Shown: piece after piece, positions 19,819 to 29,591 of the stretch
Position numbering within the stretch: position 1 is the stretch's first letter
Layout of the letters: each line of letters begins with the position of its first letter
Virus record (IMG/VR): IMGVR_UViG_3300032267_001142
Coordinates: 64,001-128,000 of that record
DNA length: 64,000 bases
Strand: one strand, 5' to 3'
Source of the DNA: a virus
The notes under the pieces: generated by a model
What the model was told of the DNA's origin: nothing
Seen by the model: only the letters and a program-made list of their open reading frames with translations
Databases searched by the model: none
Made by a program: the position numbers and the translations under genes

Positions 19819-21317
19819 AGGAATCTCCTTAGTTTATCAATTTGTGGATTTATTTCCAGCACTTTCTTCGCTCTGGTAGCGGCGACATAGATGAGGTTCA
19901 TTTCTTGCGGGTCTACATCTTTATCGTCCGCGAGTCTTTCTTTTCCTGTATCTGGGTCAGATATGACCATGTCTGAAAAGTCATCAGTGAGTTTCACTTG
20001 GTCGAATTCCAAGCCCTTACTTCGGTGAGCAGTTACGAATTTTATGTCCGCTTCGCTCGGGTCTATAGATTTCGTTATTATTTTTCTGATGATGTCGGGG
20101 ACTTCATGAGTATATTCTAGGACCACAGAGGTTCTCGCTTGCAATTCCAAATCAGGTGCATCCTTATCCCTGATTACCCTAAGAAAGGATTCAAAATTGT
20201 CAAACCTCTTTATGTAGGAGTCCTTTATTCCAGCTTTGTTTCTGGCAAAAAGGTGATAAACGTCCTCTATTCGGTCGAAGAAGTAGTGCTTATATGGACT
20301 CCAGTTATCCTGTTCCCTAGTTCCTACCCATCCGAAAGTCGCGAAGTTGCCTCGTTCTTTTAATGTCTGCGCGGCTAAACGAAATAGAGAACCATTCGTT
20401 CTAGCGATTACCGTATAAGGCTTGCTCTCCTCTACTTTTTGTAGCTTGTCTCCTTTATTCAGACCGACGACGGCGCAAGTCTCTTTTTTCATGTTCTTAA
20501 GGATAGTATTAGCAACCTCTGAGACGCTGTCTCCGAAGCGGAAGCTGCCAGTAAGCCTCATCTCTATATTCCCTTTCAGTTTGTCCAGAGCGTTTTCCGC
20601 CCATCTAAATGCATAAATTGCTTGATGAGAGTCTCCGACGGCAATCCTCGCACAGTCTTGCGACTGGAAGATGTCGATGACGACGTCGCTAGTGTCGTGC
20701 GCCTCGTCCAGTAGAATTACGTCGTAATCGAGTTTCGGCTGCGAGAGTTGAAAAAGCTTAAGATACCCGTCGTGCGTCATAGGCATTTTGAGGTTTTTTG
20801 TGTCGCACATCTTTTCCCACACCTCTTTGGCTTTCTTGATTAGGAAAGCTATAGTCTCTGGGCTCTTCTTCCATGAAAGCTCCTCCACTGAGGATTCGGA
20901 ATCGAGCACTAGGTGTTTTTCACAGATGTCTCTGTCGGAGCTTGCGGCGAACTTTCCGATTACATCTGCGATGTATTTCGCTACTGGATACGTCAATCCC
21001 GCGACTTGGTCTTTGACATCGTGCGGTCTTAGATATCCAAGCTTGTGCTTGTAGATGAAACCTTTCTTATTAAACGCGACAGAGTGAGTCGTCGCACACT
21101 TGACGTTAGAAGGGAAAGCCTTTCTGGCTTCGGCGGCGACCGAAGTGTTAAAGGCCAAATAAAGAAAAGACTTGTCAGGATATGCTTTAGTGTATTCCCT
21201 TAGCGTTGTCGTCTTGGTGCATCCGGCAAATGCGTAGATTTTCATGAAATCTCCGCGCTTAAGATTGACCGCCACTATATCTTTCTGCTCTTGAGTTAAA
21301 TTCAGTGTATTTTCCAT
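19794..21317 (-). CDS. SF1 (UvrD/Rep-like) DNA helicase
   Basis: AFAGCTKT (variant Walker A), LAFN, ILLDEAHD, VGDSHQAIYAFR, LTGSFRFG, TAHRSKGLEFD, YVAATRA. The ATG at 21317 follows the upstream stop; an alternative start is at 21338. Confidence 0.9.
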   Translation of the reverse strand: MENTLNLTQEQKDIVAVNLKRGDFMKIYAFAGCTKTTTLREYTKAYPDKSFLYLAFNTSVAAEARKAFPSNVKCATTHSVAFNKKGFIYKHKLGYLRPHDVKDQVAGLTYPVAKYIADVIGKFAASSDRDICEKHLVLDSESSVEELSWKKSPETIAFLIKKAKEVWEKMCDTKNLKMPMTHDGYLKLFQLSQPKLDYDVILLDEAHDTSDVVIDIFQSQDCARIAVGDSHQAIYAFRWAENALDKLKGNIEMRLTGSFRFGDSVSEVANTILKNMKKETCAVVGLNKGDKLQKVEESKPYTVIARTNGSLFRLAAQTLKERGNFATFGWVGTREQDNWSPYKHYFFDRIEDVYHLFARNKAGIKDSYIKRFDNFESFLRVIRDKDAPDLELQARTSVVLEYTHEVPDIIRKIITKSIDPSEADIKFVTAHRSKGLEFDQVKLTDDFSDMVISDPDTGKERLADDKDVDPQEMNLIYVAATRAKKVLEINPQIDKLRRFLCQQKKTS

Positions 21318-21319
21318 GA

Positions 21320-21967
21320 TTATAATTCGACTTTCCAAATCAGTTTTTTCCAGATTTTTTCCAATAATTGCACATCGTAAAGGGCGTCGTGCGCCAGGCT
21401 CGGGTCATAAGGCACCTCTAGTTCGGAGCAAAGACTGAGTATAGAAGTTTTCAAACCTTTCTCAAAATAACCAGCCATTTTGTATTGAAACGCGAGAAAC
21501 TCGATTGAGTCTTTAGGAATTTTTACGCCTAGCTTCCACGCTTTAGCTATAGCATTAGAATCTATAAGACGACCCAAATAAGAGTAGTCTTCGGATAAAC
21601 CGAGTGCCCTTCTATGGATTTGGTGCAAATAGATATCGAAGTTCAAAGCGTTATGCGCGACGAGAGTGACTTTAGGGTCTGAAAGAAGAGACTCTATACG
21701 TTCGAGACCTTCTTCTGGAGTGATGCCGTATTGGTCTACTTTGGGTTGATAGAATCCTGTAATTCTTGCCGCCCCTTTGCTAACTCTAAGGTTCGGCCAC
21801 TTAACCAAAAATGAACCTTCGCTGATAGTTCGTTCCAAAGTGCAGTGCTTCCATCCCCACTGCCACGGAAGGTTCTCCGGAGCTGCTAAATTCAAATTAC
21901 AAGACTCGCAGTCGAAAAAAACATACTCGCGGGTTTTGTCGTATCTTATCAGTTCTTCGCCTATCAT
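21320..21967 (-). CDS. DEDDh 3'-5' exonuclease (DnaQ/epsilon-like)
   Basis: FFDCES, VAHNALNFD, AHDALYD. Start at 21967 directly follows the PHP gene stop. Confidence 0.9.
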   Translation of the reverse strand: MIGEELIRYDKTREYVFFDCESCNLNLAAPENLPWQWGWKHCTLERTISEGSFLVKWPNLRVSKGAARITGFYQPKVDQYGITPEEGLERIESLLSDPKVTLVAHNALNFDIYLHQIHRRALGLSEDYSYLGRLIDSNAIAKAWKLGVKIPKDSIEFLAFQYKMAGYFEKGLKTSILSLCSELEVPYDPSLAHDALYDVQLLEKIWKKLIWKVEL

Positions 21968-21968
21968 A

Positions 21969-22727
21969 TTAGGAGTTCTCCAAAAAGTTGTCAAAACCGA
22001 ATCGCGAAGAAGAGTAGTGTTCTAGATTCGGGCATTCGAGAGTTGAGCGTTTACCGATGCATTTAAGGGCTTGATGTGCTCTGGCGTGAGCCTTAGAGTA
22101 GTAATAAACAGTATGGGCTTTTACTTGTTTAGATTGGTCTACATAACCGTTCAAATAGTGCTGAATCAAACCTTCAAATGGCAGTCCATGCCTCTCGCTA
22201 AAGAAGGTAGGAACCACAGGGAACTCTGGTGTGGCCATATGCGCGTATTCGAGAGTGTTTCTCGCGATAAACGACGAGTAGAATGGTATTCCTAGTGTTA
22301 AATTATCCGTCCACAGTCGCTTAAGTGCTGTGTTGCCTATCCTTGGGCGATAATAAAACCCATGAAGACTCGCGTGAGAGGAGATAGCGATTAAGTCCTT
22401 ATATCCTTGCGAGTTTTTAGCGAATACGATTATACCGCTTTCAGTGCGCAAAGAGTCGGGCGTTTTATCTTCTTCGTTCTGACAGAGGCAAAGTTTCAGT
22501 CCGAAAGTGAACGGAACACCGCACTCTTTCGAGGTTTTGAAGGCCGACCAGAAGCCGGAGATAGATGAGTCTGTGATGACCACTCTCGGCAATTTATGTT
22601 TGGCCGCGATAGAAAAGATACCTACCGGAGCGGGCGTGTTTAGGTCGGGTCTATCTTTCTCGCTCTGAAATCCGATAGTCAAAACCGAGTCGGTTAGGGA
22701 GTGGTCTGAGACAAAAAGAGGTATCAT
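21969..22727 (-). CDS. Stand-alone PHP domain of DNA polymerase III alpha
   Basis: SDHSL, VVITDSSISGFWSAFK, FTFGLKL, FAKNSQGYKDL, RPRI, HTVYY...AHQALKCI all match the DnaE N-terminal PHP domain. Confidence 0.85.
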   Translation of the reverse strand: MIPLFVSDHSLTDSVLTIGFQSEKDRPDLNTPAPVGIFSIAAKHKLPRVVITDSSISGFWSAFKTSKECGVPFTFGLKLCLCQNEEDKTPDSLRTESGIIVFAKNSQGYKDLIAISSHASLHGFYYRPRIGNTALKRLWTDNLTLGIPFYSSFIARNTLEYAHMATPEFPVVPTFFSERHGLPFEGLIQHYLNGYVDQSKQVKAHTVYYYSKAHARAHQALKCIGKRSTLECPNLEHYSSSRFGFDNFLENS

Positions 22728-22735
22728 CTACCCGC

Positions 22736-22764
22736 AGAATACCTAAATTTGAACACTCGGGCAA
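22736..22764 (-). promoter_or_regulatory. Sigma70-like promoter for the PHP-exonuclease-helicase-dnaE unit
   Basis: TTGCCC, 17 nt, TATTCT, 8 nt, ATG 22727. Confidence 0.45.
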
Positions 22765-22766
22765 GA

Positions 22767-23756
22767 CTATTTATTGAAATGCGGGCATCCCGCATACCTT
22801 CTCTTGACTACATACTGCCCCTTGCTTTCGTCTGCCGTCATTTTTTCAAGAGAGGTCGAAACAGTCTCGTCCTTATCGTTGCAAAGGCTGTAGTATTCAA
22901 AAGGAAACTTGAAAGAACATCCCCATTTGGGGCTTCCATCCGCTTTGGTCTCGTTGGGCTTCTTGCATCTTCCACAGAGCAGCGGGCCAGAAAATCCCTC
23001 AGATGGCATCGGTTTTTTCGCAGCAAGATTAGTAGTGGCGTCTCTAGGAGAGAATCTGCCTATCTTATCGCTAGTTTGCTTAAGGTATTCCTCGAATTCT
23101 TCGAGTTCGGCTTCGGAAAATCTAAGGCGTTGAATCGGCGCGTCGGGGAACTTCAAAAATAGAAACTCTACTACGGGCTGTAACGCTGGGTTAATCTTCT
23201 TCGAGGCGAGGGAATACATTTTCGCTTGGACATTGTCAGTTAAGTCTTCGCCGTCGAACTTCTTCTTGGAGGACTTGTAGTCGACAATCCTAGCTAATCC
23301 CTTTTCTGGATATAACGCGTATTTATCAATAAAACCCGCAATCCTATAGTGACCTAGAGGGTCAACAATATCGAACTTCTTTTCGCACTCTAAGCTTGCG
23401 GCGCGGCCCTTCTCACAGAAGAAGTCATTAGACAGCGCGGTGATTACCATATCGTCAATTTTGTCGATATCACTTGCGCACATACCGCTTGCAGCGTGCG
23501 TGCTCAGATAAGTCTTGACGTATCTATGAATTGCCGCGTCCTTTTTAATGCTTCGCGGATGAGCCATTATTAACTCAAACTTCTGTCTGTTTTTGGGTTT
23601 CAACAGATGCTCAAGAATCATATGGCAACAACTACCAGACAAAGCTCCCGTATTGGTTTTGTCAGGAAGCTTGAGCACATACTTCGCGTGATAAATCCAA
23701 GAGCAGCTTTCAAATGTCTTTATTCGGCTGGCCGAAAGAGGAACTAAGTCTTTCAT
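22767..23756 (-). CDS. PD-(D/E)XK RecB/Cas4-like exonuclease
   Basis: LSASRIKTFESC, GFIDK, IVDYKSSK and C-terminal LCGRC...C. ATG 23756 follows the upstream TAG. Confidence 0.85.
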   Translation of the reverse strand: MKDLVPLSASRIKTFESCSWIYHAKYVLKLPDKTNTGALSGSCCHMILEHLLKPKNRQKFELIMAHPRSIKKDAAIHRYVKTYLSTHAASGMCASDIDKIDDMVITALSNDFFCEKGRAASLECEKKFDIVDPLGHYRIAGFIDKYALYPEKGLARIVDYKSSKKKFDGEDLTDNVQAKMYSLASKKINPALQPVVEFLFLKFPDAPIQRLRFSEAELEEFEEYLKQTSDKIGRFSPRDATTNLAAKKPMPSEGFSGPLLCGRCKKPNETKADGSPKWGCSFKFPFEYYSLCNDKDETVSTSLEKMTADESKGQYVVKRRYAGCPHFNK

Positions 23757-23757
23757 A

Positions 23758-25089
23758 CTAATCGAAATAGACATGACCTGTCTCTTTAAGTCCGTCGTTA
23801 TCAATGACTAGATAAGACTGGCGCGGTCTATTCTTGAGGTTATTAACGCTCGCGTGCATATCGCCTCCGATGACGGTCGAAAACATTACGAATTGAAAAT
23901 CGTTATACTCGACGTGCTCCCAGTGATGCCTGTCTCCGACGATAAACAGCCTCTCTTTGACGCCTATAAGATTTTCTGGGTTTTGCAACAGGAGGCTCTG
24001 AACGTGCGTTTGCAGCTTCGCGTCGCTTGCTGTAGGAACGTAAGCCCTTTCAATAGAGTCCGCACCGTGGTCGAGAAGGAATAGCGTAGTGCCTTCCTTG
24101 AAGGCGGCGGGACGTGATGAGTGATGAAAGAAGTTGAGGTTCTCTTGCTGAGTGAAGGCTTTTTCAAGAGCCCTGAAGAGTGCCATATCACCTTCATAGT
24201 TGTGATTTCCTCCGACCGAATGCACGTCGACGACGGGAATCTGAGAGTATATCATCGAGATGAACTGATATAGACTTTGCAACGCATAATCGAATTGCTC
24301 TTCTCTCACACAATCATAAAGAAGCTCGGTGCCCCTTCCCGTTTTGCCGTTGACGCTGTGAATCAGGTCTCCCAGCCCTAAGATAACTACCTTTTTGTAT
24401 CTATAGGTTCTTGCCGCCGCTCTTTGGAGTATCTTCTCCGCGAACTTCTTAACGCAGGCAACGGTTTTTTCAGTAGTCCAGCTTGGGCGGTTGAACATAT
24501 ACCTTTCATTGCTAGCGCTGCCGAAATGCAAATCACTAAGGCCAATAACTAACACCTCGTCACTTACCTCTTTTGTGGAGGTTTCTATGTGTAGTCTAGG
24601 CACTCTTGCTGGCTTCCAGTTTTCGACAGCCAAGCCGAAAGGGTCAAGCGTTCCATTCTGGAAGGCTTCCCAGTTTTCGGCGCTTTTTTGAGTGGCTTTC
24701 CATAATTCCTTTTCGTAGCTCTGCGCGACTGCCAGCTTCTTGCTCTCTAGGAGATTCGCTGCGCAAGCCTCTACGGGAAGTTCTGTTAACTCTTCGTTAG
24801 AGAGCGGCAGACTGTCACGCGTCAGTCCGTGAACCTTTTTATACTCCTCAAGTATCTTCACAGGTATACCGAATTTAGCTGCGACTTCCTCGGTGGTTTT
24901 TGACGGCGAAAACAGGTTGGAAATATGAGCTACGATATTACGATGAACGGAACCCTTTAGCACTAAAGGCTTAGAGAGACTCTTAAGCGTAGTGATATAA
25001 ACGTCAGTCTCTCCATTATAGACGACGTTTGGCCTTGGTTCTTGTATCGGTTCTTGCACCGGCACTGAGATTTTAGTTTTTCTTGGCAT
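23758..25089 (-). CDS. Calcineurin-like metallophosphoesterase with N-terminal extension
   Basis: SDLHFG, GDLIH, GGNHN, DHG, GDRHH motifs. Confidence 0.8.
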   Translation of the reverse strand: MPRKTKISVPVQEPIQEPRPNVVYNGETDVYITTLKSLSKPLVLKGSVHRNIVAHISNLFSPSKTTEEVAAKFGIPVKILEEYKKVHGLTRDSLPLSNEELTELPVEACAANLLESKKLAVAQSYEKELWKATQKSAENWEAFQNGTLDPFGLAVENWKPARVPRLHIETSTKEVSDEVLVIGLSDLHFGSASNERYMFNRPSWTTEKTVACVKKFAEKILQRAAARTYRYKKVVILGLGDLIHSVNGKTGRGTELLYDCVREEQFDYALQSLYQFISMIYSQIPVVDVHSVGGNHNYEGDMALFRALEKAFTQQENLNFFHHSSRPAAFKEGTTLFLLDHGADSIERAYVPTASDAKLQTHVQSLLLQNPENLIGVKERLFIVGDRHHWEHVEYNDFQFVMFSTVIGGDMHASVNNLKNRPRQSYLVIDNDGLKETGHVYFD

Positions 25090-25549
25090 AATGAATAATG
25101 TCGATATTTTCGTCAGTGTAAAGTTGAGAATACGGTTTGAAAAAGTCAGAGAACTCGGGCAACTCTACATCCCCTTCGTAATCTTTTTTTACAATAGTGA
25201 GTAAAAGGTCGCTGCAATACGGAAAGCATAGCTCGTAGGTTTTCGCGCCGCCAATACAAACGCATCTCTCGCTTGCGAGAGATGGTATATCGCTTGGTCG
25301 AATTACGCGACTATATTCTAGTCCGTTTTTGTTAGGTGAAGTGGGAAGCTGGCCACGATTGCTAACGAGCGTGATTTTTCTTTTCGGAAGCTTGGGTAAG
25401 TCAATATAAGTACGCGCTCCCACAACGCAATCAACGTTGTACTGAGTGACGATTCTAAAAAACTTGAAATCTTGCGGGATTTTCGGCCAAGGAAGGGCGC
25501 TGCCCTTACCGATGTAACCGTTTGAAGATACTGCTGCAATCGCTATCAT
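25073..25549 (-). CDS. folA: Dihydrofolate reductase
   Basis: IAAVSSNGYIGKGSALPWPKIPQDFKFFR, VVGARTY, LPKR, IGGAKTY, YEGDVELP. Confidence 0.93.
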   Translation of the reverse strand: MIAIAAVSSNGYIGKGSALPWPKIPQDFKFFRIVTQYNVDCVVGARTYIDLPKLPKRKITLVSNRGQLPTSPNKNGLEYSRVIRPSDIPSLASERCVCIGGAKTYELCFPYCSDLLLTIVKKDYEGDVELPEFSDFFKPYSQLYTDENIDIIHYAKKN

Positions 25550-25827
25550 TTTAAGTATAAGAAATTAGAAGACTTGAGAGGCTCTGGCTTTTTGTTATTG
25601 ATAGCCGTTTTTTGTTCTCTACGCAAGCACCAAAGCTCGTTCGACTTATCTAGGCGCATCACTACTATCGAACCATCGAGATGCGCGGTAGTAGTCGCGG
25701 GCAAAAATCCTAAACCTTGAAGTTCTTTTAACGTAGATACGAAAACATTATCGGGCCTGCCGGAGCTGGCCGATTCGTATTCGCGGCATGCTTTATTTAT
25801 CATTTCTGAGATTTTAGAACGTTTCAT
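25546..25827 (-). CDS. Hypothetical protein
   Basis: 93-aa ORF overlapping both neighbours. Confidence 0.5.
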   Translation of the reverse strand: MKRSKISEMINKACREYESASSGRPDNVFVSTLKELQGLGFLPATTTAHLDGSIVVMRLDKSNELWCLRREQKTAINNKKPEPLKSSNFLYLK

Positions 25828-26725
25828 GTTTTGACCGGACTGCGTTATACCACGTTTTGACTTCTTCGACCGTCATTTCAAAGAAGTCTTTTTTAGGAGG
25901 AAGCTCTATGAATACTTTGCTTTCGTCATAGTATTTTAGAAGTTTGTCTTTCGCATCTTGCGCGGCGATATTGCCAATAGAATCGTTATCGACTTCATTA
26001 TTGGTCGAAATGATTATCCTCTTTGGGTTCTCTGAAAGAATCTTTTTCAATAAAGCTCCACTCAGTTCTATGCCGAAAAGACAAAACGCGTTGGTTATGC
26101 CCGCTTCATAGAGCCTTAGCACGCACCCAATACTCTCTACCAGTATGATTCCCTCGTCTGGATGAACGGAGTTGAGATGGGACGGGAAAATGAATGCTTT
26201 TTTACGACCGATGATTTTCCACTTGGGGGTGTTTTCGGGAGGAACCTTTTGGTGCCATCGACCAGCAAACCCTATTATTTTATCCTTATCAAAGATAGGA
26301 AAACAAACCCTTCGGTTTAGTTTACCGCTCGAAGCGGTGCCAGCTCTAAATAGCCGCATAGTATCCTCGGATATTCCTCTAGAAGTAAAAAAGTCCCACA
26401 TCGGCATCAAGCGCTTTAGGCAAGATTCGTCGTATACGATATCCTTTTTCAAGTCTTGAGTCGGTGTCGCTTCTTTGATTTCTACAGAATCTATACCCCC
26501 TTCATGATTCAGCAACTTCAATAGCAAGTCCAAGTCACCCCTTAATGGGTATTTTCCTGAAGCGCCGAAGTCTCTGAAGTTGCCATCTGACTTTCTGACG
26601 CACAAAGCTATGACGTTCTTGCCTCCACGGTAAAGCGCTGCCATTCTATAGTATGCTCCGTAGTCTTTAGGAGCATAGCCTTTACTGATTAGGAGTTCTA
26701 ATATATTAGTCTTCGAGGCGGTCAT
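25814..26725 (-). CDS. DnaG-like primase with degenerate Toprim acidic residues and Cys-free N-terminal domain
   Basis: RRVCFPIFD...IGFAGR, PKWK, ILVESIGC, CLFGIELS, IIISTNNE; adjacent to dnaB. Confidence 0.75.
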   Translation of the reverse strand: MTASKTNILELLISKGYAPKDYGAYYRMAALYRGGKNVIALCVRKSDGNFRDFGASGKYPLRGDLDLLLKLLNHEGGIDSVEIKEATPTQDLKKDIVYDESCLKRLMPMWDFFTSRGISEDTMRLFRAGTASSGKLNRRVCFPIFDKDKIIGFAGRWHQKVPPENTPKWKIIGRKKAFIFPSHLNSVHPDEGIILVESIGCVLRLYEAGITNAFCLFGIELSGALLKKILSENPKRIIISTNNEVDNDSIGNIAAQDAKDKLLKYYDESKVFIELPPKKDFFEMTVEEVKTWYNAVRSKHETF

Positions 26726-28280
26726 CGAGTGAATCGTCAGTTAGTGTATCGTTGTCGTGGTCTTGGGCTGGCTTTGCGGACTTGAAAGGTGCCGTAGCGC
26801 TCTGTCTTACTGTTGTAGCGAAGTCTCCCATTTCTTCGATATGAAAGCTGGTGACTTTGAAATGAAGAAAATTCTTTACTAGCGTGTTATTCGGTGTCTT
26901 TACTGGCGTTAGGGCCGCTTGCGCGTTCCTGCCAAGATGACGATGTTTAACGAACACGCCTTTTACAGTGCCGTATCTTCCATTTTCGGCAGCGATTTCT
27001 TCGTTCATCTTTGGTCGAAGCAATAGGGCGTGCGTCGCTTGCTGAGTGATTCGGTCAGATACACCAAATACGTTTTCAGTGTCATCGACGGTGGCCGCGT
27101 TTTTGTTTCCAACGATGCCTCCACGGTTCAACTGAACCGACGTCCAAAACGGATTGTTCAGTTCGTTCTTATAGAGGTTCTTCACGTCTTTGAGAAACTT
27201 GCCCATAACTTGCCATTCCTCGCCTCTGGCGTCCTCCAAATCGAACGCTTTGAGATAGTCGTAGTGAGTCAGAAATTTATTGCCTCGTCCGATTTTCGCA
27301 AGATAGAACCTCTTGATAAACCAAAGGATTTCAGTAGGAGACATCCTAGAGACGTCTTGATAATACATCTTTAGCTTTTTCACCCTTGGCCAAACAGACC
27401 TAACTAAAGCTGTGGTCTCCTTATTTTTCCTCCAATAGCCATGTTCAAGAGCGTCGTAAGAAACTTGCCCATTTGTCATCATGCTTACAGCGCGATACTG
27501 AAGTTCCTCTATAGACATTTCTCCTTGGTCTAAGTGAAGGACAGGAACGTCGTATTTGTCGGCCACATGAGTCATGTAGAACATGCCTGCGGCAGTTTTA
27601 CCGACTCCCGTTCGCGCCCCAAGAACGGTAATAGCTCCGTCGCGCAGCAACGAGCCGTATAACTCGTTTGTTTTCGGGAACGGCCCCATGAACCCGATTT
27701 CTTCTACCGGATTCTCTCCGCGTTCCTCTATCTTCTGCTCGATACTAGAGAAAATATCTACGAACTCTTCTGTCGACGACTCGAATCCTGCTATCTTTTC
27801 TGAAAAGATGGCGTCCGCTTCTTTCAGAATATCTGAGATGCCTGCGTCTTTGAGAGCTAGCATCCTTGTCTGCATCCGACCGGCCATCTCGGACAGTTCA
27901 CGTCTAACTGTCGTCTTTTTCAACTGCTTGAACCCTTCTATCGCCGCAAGTTCAGTCAGGCTTATTAAACGTAGCGACTCCAAATACTCCATCGGAGACA
28001 AATCGCTTTCGGAAAAGGTGATGTTGAGATTTTTTATCTTCTCGGCGAGAAGTATATCATTGAGTTCCGCTCCCACGGACAGAAACGATTTTATCGCGGC
28101 GTAGACTATCCGGTTCAGCTTGCTAACGAAGTCGGAATCGGTGACGACGGCCTCGACCTTGACGTAAAGGTCTGGGTATTTTAACAGTCCTGAAAGGCAG
28201 AGCCTCTCTAACTCAAAGTTGTGAATAACGGGCATATAGTTGGCACTATATCCCGATTTCTTGACCTTGTCAACGCTCAA
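26706..28280 (-). CDS. dnaB: DnaB-like replicative helicase
   Basis: ELERLCLSGLL N-domain, GARTGVGKT, GEMSIEEL, YDYLK, VQLNR, KHRH. Start is TTG 28280 or ATG 28235. Confidence 0.9.
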   Translation of the reverse strand: MSVDKVKKSGYSANYMPVIHNFELERLCLSGLLKYPDLYVKVEAVVTDSDFVSKLNRIVYAAIKSFLSVGAELNDILLAEKIKNLNITFSESDLSPMEYLESLRLISLTELAAIEGFKQLKKTTVRRELSEMAGRMQTRMLALKDAGISDILKEADAIFSEKIAGFESSTEEFVDIFSSIEQKIEERGENPVEEIGFMGPFPKTNELYGSLLRDGAITVLGARTGVGKTAAGMFYMTHVADKYDVPVLHLDQGEMSIEELQYRAVSMMTNGQVSYDALEHGYWRKNKETTALVRSVWPRVKKLKMYYQDVSRMSPTEILWFIKRFYLAKIGRGNKFLTHYDYLKAFDLEDARGEEWQVMGKFLKDVKNLYKNELNNPFWTSVQLNRGGIVGNKNAATVDDTENVFGVSDRITQQATHALLLRPKMNEEIAAENGRYGTVKGVFVKHRHLGRNAQAALTPVKTPNNTLVKNFLHFKVTSFHIEEMGDFATTVRQSATAPFKSAKPAQDHDNDTLTDDSLDDRLED

Positions 28281-28588
28281 TCCTCTTCCGCCCCAGCTTC
28301 TTCGTCCCCACCTTCGGCTATGAAATTTGACATCGCGACTCCGTCTTTGATGCTTTCGCTGAAATCTTCCTCACGCGCTTTGAAATACTCTAACGCGTGG
28401 CGCTCCAAGCCCGATTGAATAATGACGTTGTCCGAGCAGTCCTCGATAACGACTTGCCCGTCTCCGTTTGCGTAAATCAAAATAAATCCACCTCCAGTGA
28501 ATTCATTAAGCCGCGTTAGAAAGTTTGCTGGAACTCCGGTATCTTTGGCCTTCATGGTGGTTTTTTGATGTGACTTATGGGGAATCAT
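28277..28588 (-). CDS. Hypothetical acidic protein
   Basis: 103-aa ORF coupled to dnaB. Confidence 0.5.
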   Translation of the reverse strand: MIPHKSHQKTTMKAKDTGVPANFLTRLNEFTGGGFILIYANGDGQVVIEDCSDNVIIQSGLERHALEYFKAREEDFSESIKDGVAMSNFIAEGGDEEAGAEED

Positions 28589-28594
28589 AATAGA

Positions 28595-29023
28595 TTACAC
28601 CGGAGTCAGTTGGATTCCGTAGTTTTTGAAAAAGAACTCTCGCGTCAAAGGTAGGTCTGTTGGCTCGATTTCTACCAACGTAAATCCGTTTGCTACTGAC
28701 CACTCCCTTTTAGCCTCGTCTCTCACTATTTGCTCATGGAAGTTGAAGCGATTCTTGCCGTGAAAGAACGAATTATACTGACTGTGCTGTATTCCGTTGG
28801 TTTCGACAATAATCATTTTCGATAGATTCACCAAGTCGAAGCTGTATCTGGTTCCAGGAACGGGCATCTCCTCCAAGCATATGTCCATCTTCCAATACGG
28901 ATGAAGCCACACCTTCACCTGCTTTTGAAACTTGCTGCGGCAGTCCCCGCCCCAATCCACGGCGTAATTGGCCGTGTTGATGTTAACGAGCTTCTCGCTG
29001 CGATATTTCTTGAACTTAGGCAT
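28595..29023 (-). CDS. DUF559/Vsr-like endonuclease
   Basis: SKFQ, EEMPVPG, FDLVN, VETNGIQH, RDEAKREW...NGFTLVEI. Confidence 0.75.
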   Translation of the reverse strand: MPKFKKYRSEKLVNINTANYAVDWGGDCRSKFQKQVKVWLHPYWKMDICLEEMPVPGTRYSFDLVNLSKMIIVETNGIQHSQYNSFFHGKNRFNFHEQIVRDEAKREWSVANGFTLVEIEPTDLPLTREFFFKNYGIQLTPV

Positions 29024-29588
29024 TTACTAGGCCCCGCTTTTGCATCTCGAAGAAGCACTCGGCGCAGGCCGAGCAATCCGCCAAGGCGTCGTGGGCGTTC
29101 TCGAACTCTTTTCCAAATAAGAAACGGTACAACTCTATGAGCTTGGGCCATTTATATCCGCCCCTCGTGCTGGGGATTTTGACTAGGTCGGTGGAGGACT
29201 TCATTGTGCAAAAATGACGACGACCATCCACGATGCTGTTCTTACCGAGTCTCGCGGTCTCAATATTCATCATGAATCTATCATAATCGCCATTGTGAGC
29301 TAACAAAAGCGGCTCAGCTTTCGTGAGCTGGTTAAACATACTTAGCGCGGAAAGAATAGGAACTCCGTATTTTTCACAGTCTAAGGTCGAGATGCCGTGG
29401 ATATCTTCAACCTTCTTCGGTATTGTCCAGCCGTCGGGCTTAATCAGCACATTCAATTGAGCTTTGATTTTCTTCTGCTCGTCATATAGTACCGCCGCTA
29501 ATTGCACAATTGACGGCTGCGACTGATGATTAAGCGGAAGGCTCGCGTTAAAGAATCCTGTCGTTTCTGTATCCCAAGATATAAACAT
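29016..29588 (-). CDS. Second DEDDh 3'-5' exonuclease (DnaQ-like)
   Basis: WDTETTG, LAHNGDYD, AHDALADC. Confidence 0.9.
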   Translation of the reverse strand: MFISWDTETTGFFNASLPLNHQSQPSIVQLAAVLYDEQKKIKAQLNVLIKPDGWTIPKKVEDIHGISTLDCEKYGVPILSALSMFNQLTKAEPLLLAHNGDYDRFMMNIETARLGKNSIVDGRRHFCTMKSSTDLVKIPSTRGGYKWPKLIELYRFLFGKEFENAHDALADCSACAECFFEMQKRGLVNA

Positions 29589-29591
29589 AAA

